A DNA stretch of 64,000 bases from the NCBI GenBank assembly GCA_009693165.1, contig SHXX01000002.1:17423-81422 (forward strand), given 5' to 3'. This DNA comes from Chloroflexota bacterium. Lineage in GTDB: Bacteria > Chloroflexota > UBA11872 > UBA12225. Made by a program: the position numbers and the translations under genes. This document shows positions 56,129 through 64,000 of the stretch, one piece after another. The first letter of the stretch is position 1. Every line of letters begins with the position of its first letter. The notes under the pieces were generated by a model. That model saw only the letters and a program-made list of their open reading frames with translations. It did no database searches and was not told the origin of the DNA.

Positions 56129-57454
56129 ATGGCCGGCAAGGAAACCACGCAGCCGGAACTCCAGCAGGGAACCGCAGACCCGACAGGGGGTCCGGAGACC
56201 GACCGGGAAATCCGAATCGAACCGCGTACCCTGAAGGGGTTCAACGACTACCTGCCGGAAGCTGCCGCGCGCCGAGAGTGGATCATGGCGCAACTGCGCC
56301 GCACCTTCGCGTCGTGGGGATACGTACCTCTTGAAACTCCCGCCCTCGAATACGCGGACGTCCTGCTCGGCAGGTACGGGGCCGAGGCGGAGAAGCTGAT
56401 CTATCGGTTCAACGACATGGGCGGACGTGATGTGGCTTTGCGCTACGACCAGACCGTCCCGTTCGCACGGGTCATTGCCCAGTACCGTGACCTTCCCCGC
56501 CCCTTCCGGCGCTACCAGTTCCAGCGCGTCTGGCGGGGCGAGAATACCGGTCGCGGACGCGAGCGCGAGTTCACGCAATGTGACGTCGATACTGCCGGCG
56601 CTCCGGGCGTCGTTGCCGATGCCGAAACCATCTGCGTAGCCGCCGAAGGGTTCCGTGCGATCGGATTTAACCGGGTCACGGTGCTCGTCAACGACCGAAC
56701 CCTATTTGACGGTCTTGGACTGACCAAGGGCGACGTGATCGCGATTGACAAACGGGCCAAAGTTGGCGAAGACGGTGTGGTCCGTGAACTCGCAGGCCAC
56801 GGCCGAACCGAGGCGAGCGCACGCGACATCCTCCACCGCCTTCAGGCATCGCCACCTCCGGCGCGCCTCCATGACGTCCTCTCCGCCGCACGCGACCTTG
56901 GCATTGCAGACGACGATCTTGTCTATGATCCGACCCTTGCACGCGGACTCGAGTACTACACCAGCACAATCCTTGAAGTCGTGTCGCCCGACTACACCGC
57001 CGGCAGCCTCGGAGGCGGAGGGCGGTACGACCGCCTGATTGGCCGCTTCACCGGTCGCGACATTCCCGCCGTCGGGTTCTCGTTCGGACTCGAACGCGTC
57101 ACCGATGCCCTTGCCAGCCTGGCACGCCTCAACCATGTTCGGGCCGTCCCAGACGTGGTTGTGATCGCCTTCGGGTCAGCAAGCCTCGGTTGGGCCGGGA
57201 AGGTCGCCTGTGATGCCAGAGCAGCCGGGTTGACGGTTTCGATCTCGACTGAACCGGACAGGCCAATGGGCAAGCAACTCGAGACCGCTTCACGGTTGGG
57301 CGCCGGACACGCCATCGTTGTCGGCGAGGACGAGGCCAGTTCCAAGACTGCAACGCTTCGAAACCTCACGACGCGCACCCAGTCCACGTCGTCACTGCCG
57401 GAAGCTATCGCGTCTGTCAAGCGAAACCTGGTTCAGCCAGGGGAGCCGGGATAG
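56129..57454 (+). CDS. hisS: histidine--tRNA ligase
   Basis: LKGFNDYLPE ... WGYVPLETPALEY ... LIYRFNDMGGRDVALRYDQTVPFARV ... FRRYQFQRVWRGE ... REFTQCDVD ... GGGRYD. An anticodon-binding domain follows. Confidence 0.93.
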   Translation: MAGKETTQPELQQGTADPTGGPETDREIRIEPRTLKGFNDYLPEAAARREWIMAQLRRTFASWGYVPLETPALEYADVLLGRYGAEAEKLIYRFNDMGGRDVALRYDQTVPFARVIAQYRDLPRPFRRYQFQRVWRGENTGRGREREFTQCDVDTAGAPGVVADAETICVAAEGFRAIGFNRVTVLVNDRTLFDGLGLTKGDVIAIDKRAKVGEDGVVRELAGHGRTEASARDILHRLQASPPPARLHDVLSAARDLGIADDDLVYDPTLARGLEYYTSTILEVVSPDYTAGSLGGGGRYDRLIGRFTGRDIPAVGFSFGLERVTDALASLARLNHVRAVPDVVVIAFGSASLGWAGKVACDARAAGLTVSISTEPDRPMGKQLETASRLGAGHAIVVGEDEASSKTATLRNLTTRTQSTSSLPEAIASVKRNLVQPGEPG

Positions 57455-57533
57455 GGAAAAGGGACAGCCGTAGGGCCACCAGACCGAAATGCTCACCTAC
57501 CCGTCTGACTTCTCCCGTCTATGCGGGGGCCGA

Positions 57534-58205
57534 TTACGCGATAGTGCGCTTTCTTGGGCCGAACCGGGTCATCAGGTCGTTTCTCGCCTCAACCGTGGGG
57601 ACCCACAACATCGCCTTGGCTTCAAGGAGATTGGAGACCAGGTGTTCGATCATCGCAAGGGTGGCCCTCCCCAGATCCTCGAACGCCGTCCGTCGCCATT
57701 CATCGACGTGGTCGCCTCGACGACCCTCGCAGGCGTGATCAGCGACTTGGATCACCATATCCTCGATCGTCATGCCGCCTCGCCCGGTCGTGTGGAACGC
57801 GATCGCGTCGCACCACACCTGTGGGAGGGCAAAGCGTTCACGGGCCTCATACGCTGCCAGGGCACCGTGAAGGAGAACCGGGTTCCCGTCCATCCAGTCC
57901 TCAAGCACGTCAGAACCGTCCTCGTCGAACTCCATCGCCCGCCCAAGTCCCCGGCGGCGTGCCTCAAGGACCGATCCCGCCCCTGCTTCTCGCCAGAGGT
58001 CGTGTAGCAGGCCGGCGCGGCGCGCGCTATCGGGATCGACACCGTGGCACCTTGCAAGTTCCTGCGCGAGTGATGCGACGTGCATTGAGTGGATCACCCG
58101 TTTCGCCGAGATCCTTGCCCTGAGGATCGGCTCGATGTCGGCATCAATCGCAACCGGTTCGACGAACCGATCAGTCGACGTCCGATCCTTCCGGCGTGAC
58201 GCCAT
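57534..58205 (-). CDS. HD-domain phosphohydrolase (YqeK-like)
   Basis: RVIHSMHVASLAQELARCHGVDPDSARRAGLLHDLWRE gives the H ... HD pattern. The start ATG shares one base with the stop of the upstream peptidase gene (TAATG). Confidence 0.55.
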   Translation of the reverse strand: MASRRKDRTSTDRFVEPVAIDADIEPILRARISAKRVIHSMHVASLAQELARCHGVDPDSARRAGLLHDLWREAGAGSVLEARRRGLGRAMEFDEDGSDVLEDWMDGNPVLLHGALAAYEARERFALPQVWCDAIAFHTTGRGGMTIEDMVIQVADHACEGRRGDHVDEWRRTAFEDLGRATLAMIEHLVSNLLEAKAMLWVPTVEARNDLMTRFGPRKRTIA

Positions 58206-59074
58206 TACCGCGTTTTCCCGTGCAGCATGTTCAGTGCCGCGTCGAGCGCAGTATGGTGGAGACGGATCCGTTCCTCCATTGTCAGGAAAATGGGCGTCTC
58301 AATCGTCGCACCGCGAAGCGGGAGCGCGTCATCCTCGCCAGACAAGTCGTCAGGTTGCTTCAATAACTGGTGGTACCTCGCGACGTAGAACGGGAGGGGC
58401 CACGTCTTCCATGAACGGCGACGGCTGCGGAACCTGTTCGCATCGGTCTCAACCACACCATTGTTGATCGGAATCTCACCGTCGACGAGTTCGCCTTGAT
58501 GGACCGGTCCGATCGGCCTGACCGCATCCACGATAACTCGGCCCAGGGCCGCCGGAGCAAAAACATACAGGCCTGGCGTATCGATGTCTTCGTGGCAATC
58601 CAGGAACAGGTCGAAGCGCCGGCCCCGCAGGCCCCGTTTGACGGCAGCGACTTCAGGGGTCTGGGGTGTTGCCCTCTGGAAGGTCCGGTTCAGATCATGG
58701 TTTGCCGGCCCGTGGCGTCGGTTGTGTTCGAAACCCCACGGGTTCGTGCATGGAAGCACCGTGAACTCGACATCGGGCCAACGGGTCGTGGGATCGCCCT
58801 CAAGGAAGGCGACCACTGCCTCGGTCCCACCCGGTTCGTCACCGTGGGTGCCCCCGTTTATCAGGACCCTGAAGCGGGGGTCTCCCGTCCGTGCCGGGAT
58901 CGTCGCCATAAAGAGGTCGTACCTGCCTCCGGTAGGGGAAATGCCCTGGGTTCCCGTCACACGAAGGCGCCATGGGTCAACGACCGCCCGGCAAACCCGC
59001 TGGGCAATCACCTGGTAATCGCGAACCCGCGCGCCACCCCCGCTGGCCAATTCTGGGAACCCATCACTTGTCAT
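58205..59074 (-). CDS. M14-family zinc carboxypeptidase / succinylglutamate desuccinylase-like
   Basis: VLINGGTHGDEPGGTEAVVAF (HxxE zinc motif), LPCTNPWGFEHNRR, FLDCHED (third zinc ligand region). Confidence 0.75.
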   Translation of the reverse strand: MTSDGFPELASGGGARVRDYQVIAQRVCRAVVDPWRLRVTGTQGISPTGGRYDLFMATIPARTGDPRFRVLINGGTHGDEPGGTEAVVAFLEGDPTTRWPDVEFTVLPCTNPWGFEHNRRHGPANHDLNRTFQRATPQTPEVAAVKRGLRGRRFDLFLDCHEDIDTPGLYVFAPAALGRVIVDAVRPIGPVHQGELVDGEIPINNGVVETDANRFRSRRRSWKTWPLPFYVARYHQLLKQPDDLSGEDDALPLRGATIETPIFLTMEERIRLHHTALDAALNMLHGKTR

Positions 59075-59196
59075 ATCACTGAAGTGTAGCGAAGCCTCTA
59101 TAAGGCATCTACGATGTGGCGTGTAATCGAAGCGGGGATAGATGAGGAGCGATGGATCAAAAGGGGAGGCGGCCCACTAGCTCCCGGAGTCAATTG

Positions 59197-60327
59197 TCAG
59201 TACTCGGCAACCGTTCGGCGCTTCACGAACTCCCAGTCAATTTCGGCGCCCCATCCAGGCAGCATCGAGGGTTCGAGGTGTCCGTCCTTTGCGTCCGGCG
59301 CATTCACGATGCCAATTTCCTTGGCACCTCCTGGAAAGTGCGCAAAATACTCGTACGCATAGGTATTGGGAATGGCGCACTGCAACTGGACATGGACATG
59401 CCCACCCAGTCCGCCAACTGCATTCATCTCGACATTGCTTCCATGCAGTTCGGCAAAGTGCGCAAGCTTGACCAGACTGGTGGTGCCGTTTCGCGCGTTG
59501 ACACGAATCAGGTCAGTCGCGCCGGCAATCAACCATTCCGCGCACAGTTTCATGTCGTACATCAGCATCTCGGTTGCCATCACCGGCATCTGGGTCAGGG
59601 CCGCGCACAGCCGCTGATACTGGTGGAGTTCCTGTTCATAGAATGGTTCTTCAAGCCACAGGAAACCAAGATCCTCCATGACGTGCCCTACCCGGATCGC
59701 TTCCTCAAGCGAGTACGAGCAGACCGGGTCATTCATGAGGACATACTCATCCCCAAGGGCACGACGGAGTTCGCCGAACAGCGCGATGTTCTTGGTCGCA
59801 CCCTGGTAGTTGTGGAACTTGAACGCCTCGATGCCCCACCGCTGTCCCGCATCGTCCAGAAGCGCCATGTACGTCGACGCGGTCCCGTCGCCGTCACCCC
59901 CTGTGAGGTATGCCGGTATGCGGTCGCGCACCTGTCCAAGCAACTGGCATACAGGGAGGCCAGCAACCTTCCCGGCGATATCCCAGAGACAGTTGTCGAA
60001 GTTCCCGAACCAACCAGGCGTCTGGTAGACCCAGCGGGTGCCATGATGAAGCCGCTGGTAGAGCTCCTCGCGACGCATTGGATCGGCACCGATCACTTGG
60101 GCCCGCAGGACCTCCATGACGGCCGGCGAAGGCGCACCGGTGCAAATGCCTTCAATGCCTTCGTCGGTGCGCACACGCAGGTACGTCTCGGTTTCGGCCT
60201 GGTCACTCCCGAGGTTCCGGTGCGTGTACCGAAGTCGGAACTTGTCCGGGACCTGGATGATCTCGAGCCGGCGCGCCTTCGCCGGCACCTCAACGACAAT
60301 AGCCTTCACCTCGACGATGCGCATCAT
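59197..60327 (-). CDS. enolase-superfamily enzyme (mandelate racemase/muconate lactonizing family)
   Basis: MMRIVEVKAIVVEVP ... FDNCLWDIAGKVAGLPVCQLLG ... VLMNDPVCSY ... FLWLEEPF ... VMATEML. It is a paralog of the 26639-27829 gene. ATG at 60327 or 60324. Confidence 0.85.
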   Translation of the reverse strand: MMRIVEVKAIVVEVPAKARRLEIIQVPDKFRLRYTHRNLGSDQAETETYLRVRTDEGIEGICTGAPSPAVMEVLRAQVIGADPMRREELYQRLHHGTRWVYQTPGWFGNFDNCLWDIAGKVAGLPVCQLLGQVRDRIPAYLTGGDGDGTASTYMALLDDAGQRWGIEAFKFHNYQGATKNIALFGELRRALGDEYVLMNDPVCSYSLEEAIRVGHVMEDLGFLWLEEPFYEQELHQYQRLCAALTQMPVMATEMLMYDMKLCAEWLIAGATDLIRVNARNGTTSLVKLAHFAELHGSNVEMNAVGGLGGHVHVQLQCAIPNTYAYEYFAHFPGGAKEIGIVNAPDAKDGHLEPSMLPGWGAEIDWEFVKRRTVAEY

Positions 60328-60369
60328 TCTTCTCCAGGGCGTTTGCAAGCCAGCGAAGCTTGGTATGAA

Positions 60370-61452
60370 TCAGGCGGGGCGGGGGGCCACCCGCCCACCA
60401 CGGGCAACCGCGACCACTTCCGCCATGATCCCGAGCGCAATCTCCTCGGGTGCACGTCCACCAAGGTCAAGCCCGACTGGTCCGCGGATGCGGCTGACGT
60501 CATCCTCCGTGAACCCCTGCTTGATGAGCCGGGCCCGACGGATTTCCTGTGTCTTCCGGCTACCAAGGCATCCGATGTACGGCGCCTTGGACCGCAGCGC
60601 CGCCGCGAGTGCCGGTTCATCCAACTTCGGGTCGTGAGAAAGGACAACCACGAAAGAGGTTTCGTCAAGAACTACTTGACCGGTCGCAATCGCATCCTGA
60701 GGCCACGCCCGCAAGAGTTGCCCCGCGTGACCAAGGCGTTCATCGGTCGCGAAGATAGTCCGGGGATCGACCACGCACGTCTCGAAACCAACCTCATGCG
60801 CAAACCTGACCAAGGACTGGGCAACGTGGACCGCCCCGAAGACAATCAACCGGGGTCGACCCGGCCACGCATGAAGGAAGACCCGGTACGGCGTGCCGTC
60901 CGCCGCAACAAGGTCCTGCACACCCGACACTGCGCGCTGCCCCTCGGCGATCATTTGCCGTGCCCGCCAGACCGCACTCGTCGCCACCTCGTCGGGCGGC
61001 ATGGCGCCCCCGGTCGCGACCGGCACGACTGCCGCATCATCGACCACCTGCCTCGACCCCGACGCACCACTGATCCACGTCATGGATACTGACGGGACCT
61101 TCCGGTTCCAGGCATCGGACAGTGCCATCACCGCCACCCTGTCGAGCCGTTCCACCCAGATCTCGATCGCCCCTCCACACGTGAGACCCGCATCCCACGC
61201 CGTCTCATCCTCGATGCCAATGCCAAGGAGCACGGGAATGCCGGTTTCGATCACCTGAGCGGCATGGTAGGCAACATCTCCCTCTATGCACCCTCCACTT
61301 ACCGATCCAGCGAGTTCGCCCCGCACTGAAACGGCCAGCATCGCGCCTTCCGCACGAGGCGCCGACCGGTACACATTCACCACCGTGGCAAGCGCACCAA
61401 ACGCGTCACCGCGGTCAAACCAGGACCCCAACGCATCCCACACCAGTTGCAT
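60370..61452 (-). CDS. XdhC family molybdoenzyme maturation protein
   Basis: From the ATG at 61452: MQLVWDALGSWFDRGDAFGALATVVNVYRSAPRAEGAMLAVSVRGELAGSVSGGCIEGDV ... RLIVFGAVHVAQSLVRFAHEVGFETCVVDPR. No YHS domain is present. The track ORF extends to 61626. Confidence 0.8.
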   Translation of the reverse strand: MQLVWDALGSWFDRGDAFGALATVVNVYRSAPRAEGAMLAVSVRGELAGSVSGGCIEGDVAYHAAQVIETGIPVLLGIGIEDETAWDAGLTCGGAIEIWVERLDRVAVMALSDAWNRKVPSVSMTWISGASGSRQVVDDAAVVPVATGGAMPPDEVATSAVWRARQMIAEGQRAVSGVQDLVAADGTPYRVFLHAWPGRPRLIVFGAVHVAQSLVRFAHEVGFETCVVDPRTIFATDERLGHAGQLLRAWPQDAIATGQVVLDETSFVVVLSHDPKLDEPALAAALRSKAPYIGCLGSRKTQEIRRARLIKQGFTEDDVSRIRGPVGLDLGGRAPEEIALGIMAEVVAVARGGRVAPRPA

Positions 61453-61575
61453 GCTACTCTCCGTCCAATCAGTCAAACGACCGGGACCGGCATTGTGGGA
61501 TGCCATGTTGTGTCGCAGGCTGATTGCTGCACCCATGATAGGCGCAATCCGATAGCGTTGGGGGGGGCTGTTAGT

Positions 61576-62094
61576 ATGGAAGAGACTCACGTCGGCATCT
61601 CGGTTGAGGTCAACGGGCGTCCACACCGGTCAACCGTTGAGCCTCGCACACTCCTGGTTGACTACCTCCGTGATGACTTGGGCCTGACGGGGACGCATAT
61701 TGGTTGCGACACCGGACAGTGCGGAGCCTGCACGGTCATCGTCGACGGGCAATCCGTCAAGTCATGCATGGTCCTGGCCGTCCAGGCCGATGGTGCGCAC
61801 GTCCGGACGGTCGAGGGTCTCGCCCAGGATGGGCGCTACCACGCTGTCCAGCAGGGCTTCTGGGAAAAGCATGGCCTCCAGTGTGGGTTCTGCACCCCGG
61901 GGTTCATGATGCAGAGCGTCCAGATCCTCGAGGACAATCCGGACCCGTCTGACCAAGAAATCCGCGATGCCCTTGAGGGGAACCTGTGCCGGTGCACCGG
62001 CTACCAGAACATCGTGGAAGCCGTGAAGGCAGCCGGAGCGACGATCCGCAGCGGTGCCGAAACGATGGCTCTAGGGACCGGGGTCGGCGCCTAG
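61576..62094 (+). CDS. [2Fe-2S]-binding small subunit of a xanthine dehydrogenase/CODH-family enzyme
   Basis: From the ATG at 61576: [17 protein letters not shown] ... [23 protein letters not shown] ... [10 protein letters not shown] ... GNLCRCTGY. Confidence 0.9.
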   Translation: MEETHVGISVEVNGRPHRSTVEPRTLLVDYLRDDLGLTGTHIGCDTGQCGACTVIVDGQSVKSCMVLAVQADGAHVRTVEGLAQDGRYHAVQQGFWEKHGLQCGFCTPGFMMQSVQILEDNPDPSDQEIRDALEGNLCRCTGYQNIVEAVKAAGATIRSGAETMALGTGVGA

Positions 62095-62195
62095 ATACGG
62101 CACGGGGGACCGCCCGCGCACCACCACCTGTCGCATCCGGAACGAACCCGTCGGCGCCAAGCGCCGACACGTCAGCTGGAATTGGAGGGGACCCA

Positions 62196-64000
62196 ATGGC
62201 AGTGGCAACGCCTACAAGGGCATTCGGCGCATCCATCAGGCGCCGCGAGGATCCACGTCTCATCACCGGTCGAGGCAAGTTCACTGATGACATCCATCTG
62301 GCGAACGCCGCCACGGCCATGTTTGTCCGCAGTCCGCACGGTCACGCCCGCATCGTGTCGATCGACACGTCGGCAGCGTCTGCGCATCCGGGTGTCCTCG
62401 GGGTCTACACCTTCGAGAATGTCAAGGGATTCATCAGCGGCATGCCGTGCGCGTGGCCGACGACGAACACCGGGGACACCTTGAAACTTGCGACCTATCC
62501 ACCGCTCGCCGACGGGAAGGTCCGGTATTTCGGTGAGGCGGTCGCCCTGGTAGTCGCCGTCGACCCGAACACCGCGGCCGACGCCGTCGACCTCGTCCAT
62601 GTCGACTACGACCCGTTGCCAGCCGTGATCAACAATGAAGCCGCCGTCGCACCTGGTGCACCGCTCATCCATGACAGCGCACCAGGAAACCAGGCGTTCC
62701 GCTGGTCACTCGTAGGCGGAGACACCAACGGAGCACTCGCGCACGCTGATGTGCGCATTTCTCAGACCTTGGTGAACCAGCGTCTCATCGCCACACCTCT
62801 GGAAACCCGCTGCGCGGTCGCCGATTACAACCCGGCTTCCGGCGAAGTTACCGTTTGGGTCACAAGCCAGAACCCGCACATCCATCGCCTTCTCATCGCT
62901 CTCAGCACCGGGATCCCAGAACATAAGATTCGCGTGATTGCGGGTGACGTCGGCGGCGGTTTCGGAGCAAAGATCCCCTACTACGCGGGCGAAGCCCTGT
63001 GCATCTTCGCGTCCAAGGAACTTGGGGTCCCAGTCCGTTGGAGCGAAAGCCGTTCGGAAAACTATGTTGCCACGGCCCACGGTCGCGACCACATCCAGCA
63101 CATCGAGGTTGGTGCAACCAAGGAGGGCAAGATCACGGCCCTCAAGGTGACCGCGTACGCGAGCCTCGGCGCCTATCCGTCGACCGCAGCACCGGGTGTC
63201 CCGACATGGCTCTTCGGATGCATCATCCAGGGGCCGTATGACATCCCCAACAACGAAGTCCACGTCATCGGCGTGTACACCAACACCACGCCGACCGATG
63301 CCTATCGAGGCGCCGGACGACCTGAAGCAACGTACATGCTTGAACGGGTCATCGACCTGGTAGCCGCCAAGGTTGGGCGCGACCCGGTGGAGGTCCGCCG
63401 ACTGAACTTCGTCAAGAAGGATCAGTTTCCGTTCAAGGTGGCGAACGGAACCCTGACGTACGACAGTGGCGATTATGAACTCGCCCTCGACCAGGCGCTT
63501 CACACCGTCGACTACACGCACTTGCGCGCCTGGCAGGAAGAACAGCGTGCTGCCGGCAAGCTTGTCGGTATCGGATTCTCGTCATACGTGGAAATCTGTG
63601 GCTTGGGACCATCATCGGCGGCAAATGCCATGGGCTTTGCCGGCGGTCTCTACGACAGCGCAACAATCCGCGTCCACCCCACCGGCAAGGTTACCGTGTT
63701 CACCGGTGTCCATTCCCACGGTCAGGGGCACGAGACCTCGTTCGCCCAGATCGTCGCCCGGGACCTTGGGCTCAAGGTAGACGACGTCGACGTCATCCAC
63801 GGCGATACCGACAAGGTCCAGCATGGGATGGGTACCTACGGAAGCCGAAGCGCCGCGGTCGGTGGAGGCGCTTTGCACATGGCGGGAATGAAGATCAGGG
63901 CCAAGGCCCAAAAGATCGCCGCCCACCTCCTTGAAGTTGCCGAGGAGGACATCGAGTGGGTGGATGACGCGTTCCGGGTCAAGGGTTCCCCAGACAAGGC
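62196..64000 (+). CDS. molybdopterin-binding large subunit, form II CoxL-like (xanthine dehydrogenase family), 3' end beyond window
   Basis: Not in the ORF track because there is no stop inside the window. My translation from the ATG at 62196 (RBS GGAGGGG) reads MAVATPTRAFGASIRRREDPRLITGRGKFTDDIHL ... LVNQRLIA ... GGGFGAKI ... NTTPTDAYRGAGRPEATYMLER ... The AYRGAGR loop is the form II-type motif, not AYRCSFR. Confidence 0.88.
   Translation, partial: MAVATPTRAFGASIRRREDPRLITGRGKFTDDIHLANAATAMFVRSPHGHARIVSIDTSAASAHPGVLGVYTFENVKGFISGMPCAWPTTNTGDTLKLATYPPLADGKVRYFGEAVALVVAVDPNTAADAVDLVHVDYDPLPAVINNEAAVAPGAPLIHDSAPGNQAFRWSLVGGDTNGALAHADVRISQTLVNQRLIATPLETRCAVADYNPASGEVTVWVTSQNPHIHRLLIALSTGIPEHKIRVIAGDVGGGFGAKIPYYAGEALCIFASKELGVPVRWSESRSENYVATAHGRDHIQHIEVGATKEGKITALKVTAYASLGAYPSTAAPGVPTWLFGCIIQGPYDIPNNEVHVIGVYTNTTPTDAYRGAGRPEATYMLERVIDLVAAKVGRDPVEVRRLNFVKKDQFPFKVANGTLTYDSGDYELALDQALHTVDYTHLRAWQEEQRAAGKLVGIGFSSYVEICGLGPSSAANAMGFAGGLYDSATIRVHPTGKVTVFTGVHSHGQGHETSFAQIVARDLGLKVDDVDVIHGDTDKVQHGMGTYGSRSAAVGGGALHMAGMKIRAKAQKIAAHLLEVAEEDIEWVDDAFRVKGSPDK

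Noticed and set aside
59075-59196. Lower-GC intergenic stretch between the enolase-family gene and the M14 peptidase gene, considered as a possible small RNA or mobile-element scar
   Set aside because: It contains only a weak 5-bp stem (GGGAG ... CTCCC), with no repeats or ORF. It is most simply a promoter and terminator spacer.
59152-61092. 646-aa plus-strand ORF, one of the longest in the track
   Set aside because: It runs antisense through two well-supported minus-strand genes (enolase-superfamily 59197-60327 and XdhC 60370-61452). Its translation is Arg/Pro/His-rich with no recognisable motif. This is a typical high-GC shadow ORF.

Overview
The window is GC-rich, densely coding chromosomal DNA from a high-GC bacterium. 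It looks Actinomycetota- or Chloroflexota-like, but I cannot resolve the lineage without a database search. I support about 55 protein-coding genes and a few intergenic hairpins. By eye I found no rRNA, tRNA, CRISPR array, transposase, integrase or obvious defence island.

The left end is the conserved translation and lipid block rpsB-tsf-pyrH-frr-cdsA-dxr on the minus strand. dxr runs off the window edge and is absent from the ORF track.

Other clear calls:
- A form I aerobic CO dehydrogenase operon, coxM-coxS-coxL, carrying the AYRCSFR signature. An XdhC-family gene with a C-terminal YHS/TRASH-like metal-binding domain sits directly downstream.
- A separate MoxR/VWA (CoxD/CoxE-like) pair about 11 kb away.
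- A second, form II-like coxS-coxL pair (AYRGAGR) at the right edge, with a divergent XdhC gene.
- selB, topA, hisS, asd, glgB, a GH2 hydrolase, two heterodimer-type ABC exporters, and two enolase-superfamily / Gfo-Idh-MocA sugar-acid modules.
- A co-directional oxidoreductase / GNAT / DegT aminotransferase / hydrolase cluster.

The most interesting locus is a compact dop-pup-pafA pupylation cassette at 27959-31356. Two Pup-ligase-family paralogs flank a 66-aa acidic ORF ending in GGE. There is no ARC/Mpa ATPase or proteasome gene anywhere in the window, and the Pup-like C-terminus is clearly divergent and Pro-rich.

Secondary curiosities are a ThyX whose RHR signature reads KYR, with a roughly 35-aa insertion, divergently paired with an EVE-domain gene, and a phosphotriesterase-like protein with altered metal-ligand positions.

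Limits: all calls rest on motif recognition from translated sequence only. Start codons are often uncertain, because the ORF track shows GTG/TTG starts as M and the high GC content creates many long spurious antisense ORFs.
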